From a virus: a stretch of 64,000 nucleotides of DNA. The notes under the pieces were generated by a model. It was not told the origin of the DNA. It saw only the letters and a program-made list of their open reading frames with translations, and searched no databases. A program made the position numbers and the translations under genes. Of the stretch, positions 1-9,402 are shown piece by piece; the first letter of the stretch is position 1, and every line of letters begins with the position of its first letter. The stretch covers positions 1 through 64,000 of the IMG/VR virus record IMGVR_UViG_3300019886_000067; one strand, written 5' to 3'.

Positions 1-212
1 CGGGCGGGGCATCCGGCACTATCCCAGTGGGGGCATCCGGCAATGCCACAGTGGAGGCATCCGGCAATGCCACAGTGGAGGCATCCGGCAATGCCACAGT
101 GAGGGCATCCGGCAATGCCACAGTGGAGGCATCCGGCAATGCCACAGTGAGGGCATACGAAAATGCCACAGTGGAGGCATCCGGCAATGCCACAGTGAGG
201 GCATATCGTAAT
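1..212 (+). repeat. 24-bp tandem repeat (about 8 copies, consensus GAGGCATCCGGCAATGCCACAGTG) encoding ASGNATV(E/R)
   Basis: Repeat units read directly; in frame with ORF 27..650; first copy degenerate at window edge. Confidence 0.95.
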
Positions 213-650
213 ACGTCCGTCACTGCTGGCAAGTACGTTGCCGTCCACAAGATGCCTGACCACACGCAGACAATCAATGGCGGTGTTGTCATTGAAGTTC
301 CTGAGATTGATACTGCGGAGGCTTGGCTGGATTACTACGGTGTCGAGCCTGATAGCGATGGTTGCATTACGGTCTACAAGGGCGTCAACGACGAACACCG
401 TAGTGACAATGGCGCGACTTACACCGTTGGTGACTACGCCAAATGTGATGATTGGCGAGACGACGATCAATGCGGTGGTGGTCTACACTTCTGTGCGACG
501 CCTTTCCAGACTCACAGGTACACAAGCGGGCGTAAGTACCTAGCCTGCAAGGTAGAAGTATCGAAGCTCAAAGTCATTTCACCAGACAAGCTCAAGGCTC
601 CGATTTGTTTTGTGGAGCGCGAGGTCAACATCGACGGCGATCCCGTCTAA
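27..650 (+). CDS. Phage protein with 8-aa beta-helix-type repeats and a C-terminal CGGGLHF domain; probably 5' truncated
   Basis: ASGNATV repeats followed by VYKGV...CGGGLHFC...KLKAP motif common in phage hypotheticals. Confidence 0.75.
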   Translation: MGASGNATVEASGNATVEASGNATVRASGNATVEASGNATVRAYENATVEASGNATVRAYRNTSVTAGKYVAVHKMPDHTQTINGGVVIEVPEIDTAEAWLDYYGVEPDSDGCITVYKGVNDEHRSDNGATYTVGDYAKCDDWRDDDQCGGGLHFCATPFQTHRYTSGRKYLACKVEVSKLKVISPDKLKAPICFVEREVNIDGDPV

Positions 651-670
651 GATAGGAAAAAAAACACATT

Positions 671-1180
671 ATGCCTAAGATAGCAACCCTAGATCAACTG
701 AAGGACTTCGCCAACAAGGTCCGTGAGGCAGGCGGTGGAAATCCTCTTGACGCGTTGATGCCTGCGGTTCCTAGCGACATAGACCAGTGCTTGATCGCAA
801 AGAACCTCAACTTCAATTGCAAGGTCAACACTGATGGTCCGCATGAGGATTGGATCATGGTACTGGAAGACAAAACAATCCGTGACAACATAGCTAAAGC
901 CCTGAAACTGAAAGTGTATGACATTCCGTGTGACGACGAGGAGGACGAGCTTTTCCGCGAGTATGCAGTCATCCTCCCTGTTGCGATTGGGCGTGTCGCC
1001 GCTGAGTTTGATGAGGTTTTCGCGGCAATCTCTGGTCAAGGCTCTCATGCTTGGGTTGACAAAAGCGACCGCAAGGCGCTAAATCGGCTCAAGCGCTTCT
1101 GGCCTTACTTGGAAGCGTCAGTAAAGGAGGCGTACACAAACGCCAGCTTTGTCAACGCTAGAGGAGAATTGGTACTTTGA
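671..1180 (+). CDS. Hypothetical protein
   Basis: 169-aa ORF in the + strand gene run. Confidence 0.8.
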   Translation: MPKIATLDQLKDFANKVREAGGGNPLDALMPAVPSDIDQCLIAKNLNFNCKVNTDGPHEDWIMVLEDKTIRDNIAKALKLKVYDIPCDDEEDELFREYAVILPVAIGRVAAEFDEVFAAISGQGSHAWVDKSDRKALNRLKRFWPYLEASVKEAYTNASFVNARGELVL

Positions 1181-1548
1181 CACCATCAGGCATGAAGACA
1201 TTTCCTTACCCGACTGACTGGTCAGGTATGATGATTCCGACACGTCAATGTGTGTTTAACAACACGGGCGTGGTGATCGTCTTTGACGAATGTGACGAAG
1301 AGTGCCCAATTCAGATATCAACAAGCTCGTCAGACATCATCGACGCTGAGTGGCTTGATCTAGAGGAGGTCAAACATATCAGAGATACGTTTACTCGGGT
1401 CATCGACTTCTTCAAAGACCAGCCCGACGAGCCTGTGTCTAGCTGTTGTGGCTCTGGGCCGCGTCAGCCTGAGCCAGGGACAGCGGTAGAGGAGCCAGAG
1501 CCCCAGGTGTATATCGAGCTTGGGACACTGGTACTGCTACCCGCTTAG
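1177..1548 (+). CDS. Hypothetical protein
   Basis: TTGA-coupled to the upstream gene, GGAG RBS. Confidence 0.65.
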   Translation: MTPSGMKTFPYPTDWSGMMIPTRQCVFNNTGVVIVFDECDEECPIQISTSSSDIIDAEWLDLEEVKHIRDTFTRVIDFFKDQPDEPVSSCCGSGPRQPEPGTAVEEPEPQVYIELGTLVLLPA

Positions 1549-1687
1549 CGATATGGCGTGCCTCGTGACGGAATGCGAGGCACGCCATCGCAAGCACTAC
1601 GGCCGCTAGAAGGCCCACAGGAGCCCCAGCAAGGCCGGCGGCAATACCAACTAGCCACAAGACGACGTATGCACCTATAGCAGGCAT
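1439..1687 (-). CDS. Small membrane protein
   Basis: TAATG-coupled to 1687..2091; hydrophobic N-terminal 38 aa. Confidence 0.6.
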   Translation of the reverse strand: MPAIGAYVVLWLVGIAAGLAGAPVGLLAAVVLAMACLAFRHEARHIAKRVAVPVSQARYTPGALAPLPLSLAQADAAQSHNS

Positions 1688-2091
1688 TAGCGGCTCGGTA
1701 TTGTAGGTGGAGGAGTGACCACGTTCTCACAACCAGGAGCAGGACCAACCTCTTCACGATAATGAGCGCTAGCAAGCAACGAAGCTTGTAGCTCGGATGC
1801 GCTCAGATTGAACTTCTTAGCAAAAGCGTAAGTCTGCTCATCGCTCTGAGTCAAAATGGTGCATATGACAGTGCGGACTTTCTGCCCACGTTCGTGTGAG
1901 TCTTTCAATGCTTGAGTGTTACCGTTGATGGCGTAGCCAATGCCAACTAGCAAGAGGAGAAATCCCACCGTGGCACGTCGGACGTAGGAGCGCAACAGAC
2001 CAAGAGCCTCGTTTTTAGCCTCAACTACGGCTGCTGCCTTGGCGGCGTCTACGATGATTTGCTGGTCGGGTGTTAGCTCGATAGTGGTCAC
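1687..2091 (-). CDS. Single-pass membrane protein
   Basis: TM segment ATVGFLLLLVGIGYAI; GTGA-coupled to the upstream gene. Confidence 0.75.
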   Translation of the reverse strand: MTTIELTPDQQIIVDAAKAAAVVEAKNEALGLLRSYVRRATVGFLLLLVGIGYAINGNTQALKDSHERGQKVRTVICTILTQSDEQTYAFAKKFNLSASELQASLLASAHYREEVGPAPGCENVVTPPPTIPSR

Positions 2092-2207
2092 AGTTTCAAC
2101 GATTCAAATAGATGAAGCACAAAGTCTAGTGTCACAATGATAGCAACGTACCAGCCGGTGCGAGGATGTGTGTCCAACACGGCCAGCAATTTCTTGGGCC
2201 AGTTCAA
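2088..2207 (-). CDS. 39-aa membrane peptide MNWPKKLLAVLDTHPRTGWYVAIIVTLDFVLHLFESLKL
   Basis: Translated by hand; TTG start overlaps the upstream TGA, and its stop overlaps the downstream GTG. Confidence 0.65.
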   Translation of the reverse strand: MNWPKKLLAVLDTHPRTGWYVAIIVTLDFVLHLFESLKL

Positions 2208-2386
2208 GATTTCTCACCACTTTGACGCTCTCGGCGCGAAACCCAATCGAATCCCATGATTCCGAATGCTGCCAGTATGACAGTGCCACGTTCTGCGGAG
2301 TGATCTAGCAAAAGCTCGTACAGCGCCGTGAAGGCTCCGATAGATCGTGTGGCCCAATACCACCTGGGGGTTGGAAGTTTGTTCAT
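2204..2386 (-). CDS. Small two-TM membrane protein (holin-like size)
   Basis: 60-aa ORF with two hydrophobic stretches; first gene of a coupled operon. Confidence 0.65.
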   Translation of the reverse strand: MNKLPTPRWYWATRSIGAFTALYELLLDHSAERGTVILAAFGIMGFDWVSRRERQSGEKS

Positions 2387-2438
2387 TCATTAAGGTTGGT
2401 CGTAGAAGTACATCCAATGGTACAGGACACCTAGCCGC

Positions 2439-2467
2439 TTGACAAAGCGTGACAGTTTTGCTAGGGT
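2439..2467 (+). promoter_or_regulatory. Sigma70-type promoter TTGACA-N17-TAGGGT with TG extension
   Basis: Consensus -35, exact 17-nt spacer; the same hexamers recur at 63462..63490 on the - strand. Confidence 0.75.
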
Positions 2468-2494
2468 TCTCTTAGATATCAACGAAGAGGGGTT

Positions 2495-2833
2495 ATGCCA
2501 AGCACTTCAACAACTTTTGACTACACAGACCCACGCGGACTTGACGGCGATCCTTTCCAGGTTGCGGCCGTTGCCTGTCACCAGGCCGAGAAAGTCCTTG
2601 GAGTGGCCGAAAAGGCTGTGGATGACGCTTATGTGATGGCGCGTGGCGCTCACATGGAGCGCCAGCTACAGACAGAAGACGAGCCTGATGGCGTCGGCTT
2701 TGCCAACGACCCACTAGGAGCCCGAATCTTGAGCATCCGTGACCGGACGCAAGATATGGCGAAGGCCATCAAAAACGTGGCTGTAGCGGCGAGCTACAAC
2801 CCCAGGAAACCTCCGAAGGAGTTGCCGGCCTAA
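2495..2833 (+). CDS. Hypothetical protein
   Basis: GAGGGG RBS; downstream of the promoter. Confidence 0.75.
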   Translation: MPSTSTTFDYTDPRGLDGDPFQVAAVACHQAEKVLGVAEKAVDDAYVMARGAHMERQLQTEDEPDGVGFANDPLGARILSIRDRTQDMAKAIKNVAVAASYNPRKPPKELPA

Positions 2834-3009
2834 TGGCGGATAGAGCAGCCAAGGAACGCAACAAAGCAAGCAAAGGCCGTACCGGACGCCTGACGTTCAA
2901 GAAGCGCAAGAAACTCGGCGCGGCTGTCAAGCGTACGAAGTACAAATTTCCTGACGGTTCCTGGGATTCACCACAGGGCATCGCCCGGCCGCGTCCAAAG
3001 AAAGGATGA
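2833..3009 (+). CDS. 58-aa Lys/Arg-rich protein (MADRAAKERNKASKGRTGRLTFKKRKKL...)
   Basis: Translated by hand; TAATG-coupled. Confidence 0.7.
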   Translation: MADRAAKERNKASKGRTGRLTFKKRKKLGAAVKRTKYKFPDGSWDSPQGIARPRPKKG

Positions 3010-3010
3010 C

Positions 3011-3199
3011 ATGCGTATCCGCGTAACACTCACATACGACTACGACGTGAATCCTGAGCATTATCCGGGTTGCGAGAATGCCACGCAGATGGCCGAGTTG
3101 GACATCGACTCTGACCCGGCTGTGATCCTCTCAGGTGACAACTACAATGTGTCTGCCCAGGAGATTCCCGACAAAGAGTTTGAGGGCTCTCAGGTATGA
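3011..3199 (+). CDS. Hypothetical protein
   Basis: AAGGA RBS; coupled run. Confidence 0.7.
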   Translation: MRIRVTLTYDYDVNPEHYPGCENATQMAELDIDSDPAVILSGDNYNVSAQEIPDKEFEGSQV

Positions 3200-3399
3200 G
3201 CAGTTATTTCCAAATTGAGTTTTCCCCGGTTACGCTTGGTGTTGAAGATATATGGCCTGACGGTGACGATCCACCATCACCATCGGCAGAGGATGCTATT
3301 GCTAAGATGAAAGAGCACAACATCAGTGCTGCTGGTGTCATTAATGAATGGGGACTGATCCCAGCTACATTTGATGTTAATGGAGTTCCTTTCCGGTGA
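3196..3399 (+). CDS. Hypothetical protein
   Basis: ATGA overlap. Confidence 0.7.
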   Translation: MSSYFQIEFSPVTLGVEDIWPDGDDPPSPSAEDAIAKMKEHNISAAGVINEWGLIPATFDVNGVPFR

Positions 3400-3569
3400 T
3401 CTATAAATATGATCTACGTTATTTTGCTGAACAATCCGCAAAGGAAGTAGTTGCCAAAGCTGAAAGCCAAAGAGCAAGATTCACGAGAAGTGATCGCTCA
3501 GAGCTTGTGCGCCGGCTACGACAAGAGATTGAATACCACATTGAGCGCTACCAAGAGAAAGAGTCGTAA
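3396..3569 (+). CDS. 57-aa hypothetical protein (MIYKYDLRYFAEQ...)
   Basis: Translated by hand; GTGA and TAATG overlaps on both sides. Confidence 0.65.
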   Translation: MIYKYDLRYFAEQSAKEVVAKAESQRARFTRSDRSELVRRLRQEIEYHIERYQEKES

Positions 3570-3859
3570 TGGGTAAAGGAATTTGTATGTGCGTGACAGG
3601 GCCACCAGTCGGCGGCGTCTGTGGGGCGTGTGGCGCAGTTGGGCCTCCGCTCCCGATGCCGGTTCCCGTGACTGTCCCTTATCCTGTGCCCTATCCGGTA
3701 CCACTTCCAGCCCCATTCCCGAAACGGCCGCATGTGCCTTATCCAGGCGAACCTCTGTCTCCGTGGAAACCACGCTGGTATCACGGCGCTTGGATGGAGA
3801 AGGGCTCCCGCTTTAGGCTGCCGTTGCAGCTTGTTACGCGGAACAAAACGACTGTCTAG
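3569..3859 (+). CDS. Pro-rich protein with CxC/CxxC motifs
   Basis: TAATG-coupled ORF. Confidence 0.6.
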   Translation: MGKGICMCVTGPPVGGVCGACGAVGPPLPMPVPVTVPYPVPYPVPLPAPFPKRPHVPYPGEPLSPWKPRWYHGAWMEKGSRFRLPLQLVTRNKTTV

Positions 3860-3915
3860 CACGACAGTCGGATTTATGCTAGTCTACTCGAAACTCGAAA
3901 GGAGCGCATAGCCAT

Positions 3916-4140
3916 ATGACTAACTCACAACAGGATGTACTCAACGTGCTCGATAAGCATGGCCCGATGTCCGATCAAGCGCTTGTGCCGTTGGCACAGC
4001 ACATGGGCTCAGTCCATCAATCTTCGTCCGGCATTCGGTCGCGCCGTGCTGAGCTTGTCCGTCTGGGCGAGGTCGTACAAGTGGGCACCATTCCGCTGCC
4101 GAGCGGCCGTGATGCGGCTGTATGGGCAGTCAAAGCATAA
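3916..4140 (+). CDS. Winged-HTH DNA-binding protein
   Basis: SGIRSRRAELVRLGEV...SGRDAAVW pattern; AAGGAG RBS. Confidence 0.75.
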   Translation: MTNSQQDVLNVLDKHGPMSDQALVPLAQHMGSVHQSSSGIRSRRAELVRLGEVVQVGTIPLPSGRDAAVWAVKA

Positions 4141-4319
4141 TGCAGGTTCGTGTATTTGACGATCACGACTCTGATCCTATAGAGTTCGACGGTATTGACC
4201 AAGTTTATTTCATCAACGAGGAAACTCATTCGGACGCCACGAGGCTTGCGCAGCGTGGAAATGATGAGACAATTTTGTTTGTAAATGCGCGCCTTGCTTT
4301 GGCGGTAGAGCTTAAGTGA
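4140..4319 (+). CDS. Hypothetical protein
   Basis: TAATG-coupled; start reassigned to ATG 4140. Confidence 0.65.
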   Translation: MQVRVFDDHDSDPIEFDGIDQVYFINEETHSDATRLAQRGNDETILFVNARLALAVELK

Positions 4320-4606
4320 GCGCGCCAGCTTTGATCCTCATGGATTCCTATGAAGATGGATACTGTGAGGAAATAGGATGGGTAGAGACGAGCGTGACTG
4401 AGGATGAGGCGCGTGACGCCCTAGCGGAGTTTTGCTTCGATGAAGACGGCAATGCTCCGTACCGTCCTGACTGTGGTCCGGCTGTGAAGGTATGGTTGCA
4501 GCCGGACCCAGCGGATACAACGCCGTACGATGACGAAAAGCCGTGGATAAAATGCGGCGCACACGATCCGGGTTCACTAGAGTTTTGGGAGATAAAAGTC
4601 GTATGA
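4316..4606 (+). CDS. Acidic hypothetical protein
   Basis: GTGA overlap. Confidence 0.7.
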   Translation: MSAPALILMDSYEDGYCEEIGWVETSVTEDEARDALAEFCFDEDGNAPYRPDCGPAVKVWLQPDPADTTPYDDEKPWIKCGAHDPGSLEFWEIKVV

Positions 4607-4953
4607 CCCATTATCCGGCAACGCTGAGAGCAATCGCTGATTATTGCGATGGGCTCGACTACATAGAAAAGACTATTTGTAGCGACAACCCGAACAAAAT
4701 TGGATTCGGTGACTCATTGCCAGTCACATCCAACGGTGAGTGTGTCGGTCGTTTTGTAAATACCAGCGAGACAGGATGGGCGTTTGAGCCGTTCAAGACT
4801 GACTTTGATGAGAAGCTGACACAGCGTGCGTATCAATGGTTGGGCAATGATCCCGGCCACATTATTAGCATAACTATAAATCAGTCGATAGGAGAGCCTA
4901 CACGAGTTGACGCTTCCTTTGTGAAGCCAGGGCCTACATGCCAGCGCACCTAA
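4603..4953 (+). CDS. Hypothetical protein
   Basis: ATGA overlap; start reassigned to 4603. Confidence 0.65.
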   Translation: MTHYPATLRAIADYCDGLDYIEKTICSDNPNKIGFGDSLPVTSNGECVGRFVNTSETGWAFEPFKTDFDEKLTQRAYQWLGNDPGHIISITINQSIGEPTRVDASFVKPGPTCQRT

Positions 4954-6797
4954 CGTTGACAGAGGAGGCCCTAGAGCTTGACCTGACTAACTGCAAAGGC
5001 AGTGAGTTTATGGACACTTTGGCGAAGGTCAAGGAGGTCCCAGGACGCCGTTTTGATGGCGACCGCAAGCTCTGGCTTATGCCGCCGGAACCGCTTGTGG
5101 CCGAGCGTGTTATCTACGCCATTCAGCCGACGCATGATGCTTCACTCGCGGAGTGGGCCAGGAGTGCGCGTCAGCAGACAGAGCGCGAGCTTGTCTCGCC
5201 GCTGCCGGAAGACGGCACGCTGACGATCCCGTGGTCAACCGAGCGCGCCTCCTGGCAACCCCAGGAAGTCAACGGAGAACCGTTCATTGGCTTGAAGGCA
5301 CATCAGCGCGCCATAGTCGAGGCTGTGGCGCAGGGAGCGCTTAGGGCTGTCATAGCGGACGATATGGGGCTCGGCAAGACGGGCACTGCACTAGCGGCCG
5401 TATCTGAGGCTGCCTCTAAGCTGCTCGACGCAGGTATTGTCCCGGCCGGCGAGGATGAAGCTCGCTACTACACTGGTGATGATCCCAGGCTCATAGTCTG
5501 CCCCAACAGTGTCAAGGGTGTCTGGGCACGAGAGATTGAGCGTTGGCTTGGGCCTAATGAGCCCGTGCAGATCATTGACGGCACGACCCCGGCCGTGCGG
5601 CATAAACAGATCGTAGACGCATTGAGCGATCCTACGTGGGTTGTCGTGAACTACGAGCAACTACGTGTGATGAAGGAAAAGAAGAAGCTCCGCAACGGTG
5701 GCACGAAGACAGTGACCGTGATGAAGGAGCCTCTGTTTGAGAGTGCCAATTGGTTTGCTGTGATTGCAGACGAGGCGCACCGTGCCAAGAACCGCAAGGC
5801 AGCACAGACCAAGGGTCTCTTCCGAATTCAAGGTCAGATCATGCTTGCGCTGACGGGCACGCCATTGATGAACGCTCCTGACGAGCTTTGGTCTCTTCTT
5901 CACTGGCTATTCCCGAAGGACTACACAAGCTACTGGCGTTTCTACGAGCAATACGTTGACTACATCGAGGGGTATTTCGGTAAGGTCATCACTGGCGTAA
6001 AAAACCCTGATGCTCTGCGTTTTGAGTTGAACAAACGACTTTACCGCAGGACGAAGGCACAAGTGCTAGACTTGCCGGAAAAGACGCGCGTGACAATCCC
6101 TGTCAAGCTTGATTCCAAGCAACGTAAAATATACACCGAAGCAGAAAAGGGGCTATGGCTTGAGATTGAGAAGGCGATTGAGAAGGGCGATCAAACGGCT
6201 GCGCGACTCGTACAGGCGGCGGACACCGGAAAGAATATCTACACCATTCCCAACGGCGCTGCAAGGACTGTACGACTACGGCAGATACTCTCAACCCCAG
6301 CACTGCTAGGAGGCGAGGACCATTCAGCCAAGATGGATGCTTTGGTCGAGAACATTCTCGACAACAAGCACAAGCCGCACGACGTTTTCTCTGAGTTTGT
6401 TCAGTCGTGCGACATATTGGCTGACCGTCTACGGACCCACGGCCTTTCTGTCGAGACGTACACAGGAGAAACAGAGGAGCACGTCCGCACAGAACTTGAG
6501 GACGAGTTCCAACGGGGCAACATCAATGTACTGGTCGGGACCATCGGCGCAATGCGGGAAGGTATCACTCTCACCGCTTCCGATACATCCCATTTCCTAG
6601 AGCGCGCATGGGTGCCCGGCTGGAACGAGCAGGCAGAGGACCGTAAACATAGGATCGGCCAACGCGCTTCTGTTACTATTTACATCTACGAGGTAGAAAA
6701 CTCCGTAGACGACGGCAAGATAGCACCAACGAACCGTCTCAAGGAGCGTATAGTAAAGACTGTGCTCCCCAAGGACACAATTAAGGAGGAACGCTAG
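4938..6797 (+). CDS. SNF2-family helicase/translocase (HARP/SMARCAL1-like)
   Basis: IADDMGLGKT, DEAH, LTGTP, EQAEDRKHRIGQ motifs. Confidence 0.95.
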   Translation: MPAHLTLTEEALELDLTNCKGSEFMDTLAKVKEVPGRRFDGDRKLWLMPPEPLVAERVIYAIQPTHDASLAEWARSARQQTERELVSPLPEDGTLTIPWSTERASWQPQEVNGEPFIGLKAHQRAIVEAVAQGALRAVIADDMGLGKTGTALAAVSEAASKLLDAGIVPAGEDEARYYTGDDPRLIVCPNSVKGVWAREIERWLGPNEPVQIIDGTTPAVRHKQIVDALSDPTWVVVNYEQLRVMKEKKKLRNGGTKTVTVMKEPLFESANWFAVIADEAHRAKNRKAAQTKGLFRIQGQIMLALTGTPLMNAPDELWSLLHWLFPKDYTSYWRFYEQYVDYIEGYFGKVITGVKNPDALRFELNKRLYRRTKAQVLDLPEKTRVTIPVKLDSKQRKIYTEAEKGLWLEIEKAIEKGDQTAARLVQAADTGKNIYTIPNGAARTVRLRQILSTPALLGGEDHSAKMDALVENILDNKHKPHDVFSEFVQSCDILADRLRTHGLSVETYTGETEEHVRTELEDEFQRGNINVLVGTIGAMREGITLTASDTSHFLERAWVPGWNEQAEDRKHRIGQRASVTIYIYEVENSVDDGKIAPTNRLKERIVKTVLPKDTIKEER

Positions 6798-6802
6798 ATC
6801 AA

Positions 6803-7132
6803 ATGAGTTGGTTTCGTAAAACAAAAGAGGAGGGCACTTATCCTTCTCGTCAAACAACATTGCGCAAAGAGGCGCGCAGTCGGCGGCGCAAGCGTTTCAT
6901 TGAAAATTCGTTTACGAAGCTGCTTATTGGACTAGCAGCAATAGGCATCATAGGCGTTATTGTGCTGCTTAGTGCAGTCGTAACTTATTTTGGATGGAAC
7001 CACGGCGTTGTTAACGTCATCAAGGCTTGCGGCGGTGATGCCGGCGGCATTAGTTTGACAACGGCTGTGTTCACAAACATGGCTCTAGCTGCCCTGCGTG
7101 GTGGTAACGGAGCTAAGTTTAAAACGCAATGA
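6803..7132 (+). CDS. Membrane protein
   Basis: Basic N-terminus plus two TM segments. Confidence 0.7.
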   Translation: MSWFRKTKEEGTYPSRQTTLRKEARSRRRKRFIENSFTKLLIGLAAIGIIGVIVLLSAVVTYFGWNHGVVNVIKACGGDAGGISLTTAVFTNMALAALRGGNGAKFKTQ

Positions 7133-7548
7133 GCGACCAGGAGCGTCTAGCATCCCGCTTCCGCCGGCTCGTAGAGCTACGTGAGAAGCGGGATGAAGAC
7201 AAGACCAAAGCCGAGAAGTCAGAGGTCGAGTACCGTGAGTACGAGTCCGAGCTTTTCGAGGAGCTTCAAGATGGGCCGATGCAGGGCACCTTGCGCTTTG
7301 ATCTTGGCGGTAACATCGGCGTAGTCACCTTTACTCCTCGGGAGACAAAGTTCGGCCGTATCGTTGACGCGGAAGCGGCCGTGCAATACTTCGAGGAGCG
7401 AGAGCTTGCGCAGGAGTTCACAAAGCCGTCTATCGAGAAGCGAAAGCTGAACGAGTTGGTACGTGATCTTCTTGAGCAGGGCAAGTCAATGCCTGATGGT
7501 ATTGACTGGTATGCGAGACGTGGAATCACGATTTCGCGCAAGAGTTAA
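7129..7548 (+). CDS. Conserved phage replication-region coiled-coil protein
   Basis: N-terminal coiled coil and a C-terminal MPDGI motif. Confidence 0.7.
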   Translation: MSDQERLASRFRRLVELREKRDEDKTKAEKSEVEYREYESELFEELQDGPMQGTLRFDLGGNIGVVTFTPRETKFGRIVDAEAAVQYFEERELAQEFTKPSIEKRKLNELVRDLLEQGKSMPDGIDWYARRGITISRKS

Positions 7549-7578
7549 ACAACGGAAAACAGTGGAGGTAAACAAACC

Positions 7579-8421
7579 TTGAGCGCAAAGGGAACAGCAA
7601 TAGCAACAACGGACGAGGAGACTAGTACAGCGCTCGCCGTCGCTAACGAGACAGCCGCAGCGGTAGCAGCCGCTCAGGCTGAGGAGTTTGACGACGATCT
7701 GCTTCAGACTCCGATCCTCAAGGTGGGACAGGCTCTTACCCGTGAGGTTCAGGAGGGCGAGGCAGAGGCCGGCGAATTCATCAACACTCTTACCAATGAG
7801 GGTCTTGGCGATACTGTCGAGTTCATCGTCTCCTACTACAACAAGGGACGCTTTGCAAGCGATGACGATGGCCGCGCCTATGTCGCGTTTACGTCTGAGA
7901 TTCCTCCAAGCTGGGAGCCGCTTGTCGGCGCTGAGTTTGTCGGGGAGCCGTTCTCGGAGTATTCGGAGGCGGAGGAGCAGTTCAAGGCAGCCGTCAACGC
8001 TAAAGAGCGTGAATGGGGTAAAGGTCCGCTCGTATCCACTACTCACAACTTCACGGGCCTTGTGCTTGTGGATGGTGAGGACGGGTCTGAGTATCAGCCT
8101 GTAAGGCTGAGCCTCAAGCGCACGGACGTTCAGGCAGCCCGCAAGATCACGACGCTTCAGCGTGCAGTGCTGCGCAACAAGCCGGCGTGGGATAAGGTGC
8201 TGAAACTGTCCACGGAGAAGAAGGATTTTGGCAAGAACACTGCCTTCATCATCAGCCCTTCTCTGGTCAAGATGGTTCGTGATACGACCCCGGAGGAGAA
8301 GATTGCAGCCTCCGAAGTCGCCCTTGCCGTAATGCACGGCCGCGTCAACACCACAGGCGCAGAGGAGGCTTTGGCTGACAAGCCGGCTGAACCTGGCGAT
8401 GGTGGTGGCCTGGCTGTATAA
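7579..8421 (+). CDS. Hypothetical protein, possibly ssDNA-binding/annealing
   Basis: GGAGG RBS; position in the replication module; PILKVGQALT..GEF motif; function inferred only. Confidence 0.55.
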   Translation: MSAKGTAIATTDEETSTALAVANETAAAVAAAQAEEFDDDLLQTPILKVGQALTREVQEGEAEAGEFINTLTNEGLGDTVEFIVSYYNKGRFASDDDGRAYVAFTSEIPPSWEPLVGAEFVGEPFSEYSEAEEQFKAAVNAKEREWGKGPLVSTTHNFTGLVLVDGEDGSEYQPVRLSLKRTDVQAARKITTLQRAVLRNKPAWDKVLKLSTEKKDFGKNTAFIISPSLVKMVRDTTPEEKIAASEVALAVMHGRVNTTGAEEALADKPAEPGDGGGLAV

Positions 8422-8518
8422 GTGATTTTCAGTGAGGCGGTACAAGTCCGCCGTAAGCTATTTGTCGAGCCAATTTGGCCGGGATGCTACTCACTGAGAA
8501 CTACTAAGGAGGAACAAC

Positions 8519-8776
8519 TTGGTCGTGGCAACTATGGATAAGACCGAAGATACACCACGCTTCACAGAGGAGCAGCTTTGCGCCGACAGGGCGATTCAGC
8601 GCACGGGAGCAAAGCAGCCGTCTATGACAGCGTTGATGCAGGCCATGAGAAAGTATGGCCCCGATGGCATACTTGAGTCAGCGATCCACCTTGACGAAGA
8701 GCAATATGATAAGCTCGCCGTTGCGGTAAAGAAAATGAAATTCAATAGACGAGCGAGGAAGTGGGAAGCTGCCTAA
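8519..8776 (+). CDS. Hypothetical protein
   Basis: AAGGAGG RBS with TTG start. Confidence 0.75.
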   Translation: MVVATMDKTEDTPRFTEEQLCADRAIQRTGAKQPSMTALMQAMRKYGPDGILESAIHLDEEQYDKLAVAVKKMKFNRRARKWEAA

Positions 8777-9083
8777 TGAGCCTCAACCCGTAGTCAAGGC
8801 CGGCGTATTTCCTGTTTTCATACTTGACCAGGAAAACGTTTGGGTCGATCCCCAGGGATACGCGCACCGCATTGATCTTCTCTCCGAAGAAGACGTGCTT
8901 TGGTGCATTGACTACGCGCTCGCTAATGCCAGGTGGCTACGCGACGCTTGGGCTAAGGACAAAAAGGAGACGTTCGACGTTGCTGTTAGAGCACGACGTT
9001 GGGTGTTGGATCGCAAGGTCACACGAAAGCTGATGCGCCGGCTAGTGGAATTGGAAGGAGAGAACGATCAAAGGCATATTTGA
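8769..9083 (+). CDS. Hypothetical protein (probable CTG start)
   Basis: Frame of ORF 8895..9083 is open back to 8769 with no ATG/GTG/TTG. Confidence 0.55.
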   Translation: MPNEPQPVVKAGVFPVFILDQENVWVDPQGYAHRIDLLSEEDVLWCIDYALANARWLRDAWAKDKKETFDVAVRARRWVLDRKVTRKLMRRLVELEGENDQRHI

Positions 9084-9402
9084 CATAACAGCCGTCCCGC
9101 AGTTTGGTAAAAGGCTTTGGCGTGCTCACGGCTATGTGGACGTTTACCACGATAAGTCATGGGCGTCTTTTGAGGGCCACTTTATTTCTCCTGAAGCTGT
9201 TAACGGAGAATTTAGGAACACTTGGCAGCCTCATGCTATGCGTGGCGCTTGGTCACGCGATCCTCAGCGCGCAATCGCTAAGGTCAAGATAAAGCTATGT
9301 AAGGCGCGGAGCCAAGACGAGGATTACCAGATAGCAGACGAGAAGCGCGAGCGTCGCAAGGTGCGCGTAGAGTGGAATCCAGATGAGGAGTGCCCGTTTT
9401 GA
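9067..9402 (+). CDS. Hypothetical protein (probable ATC start)
   Basis: AAGGAG 6 nt before an in-frame ATC; in-frame stop at 9043. Confidence 0.55.
   Translation: MKGIFDITAVPQFGKRLWRAHGYVDVYHDKSWASFEGHFISPEAVNGEFRNTWQPHAMRGAWSRDPQRAIAKVKIKLCKARSQDEDYQIADEKRERRKVRVEWNPDEECPF

Noticed and set aside
1-212. CRISPR array or DGR variable repeat
   Set aside because: Contiguous 24-bp coding repeats with no spacers; differences are not A-specific; no RT or cas genes
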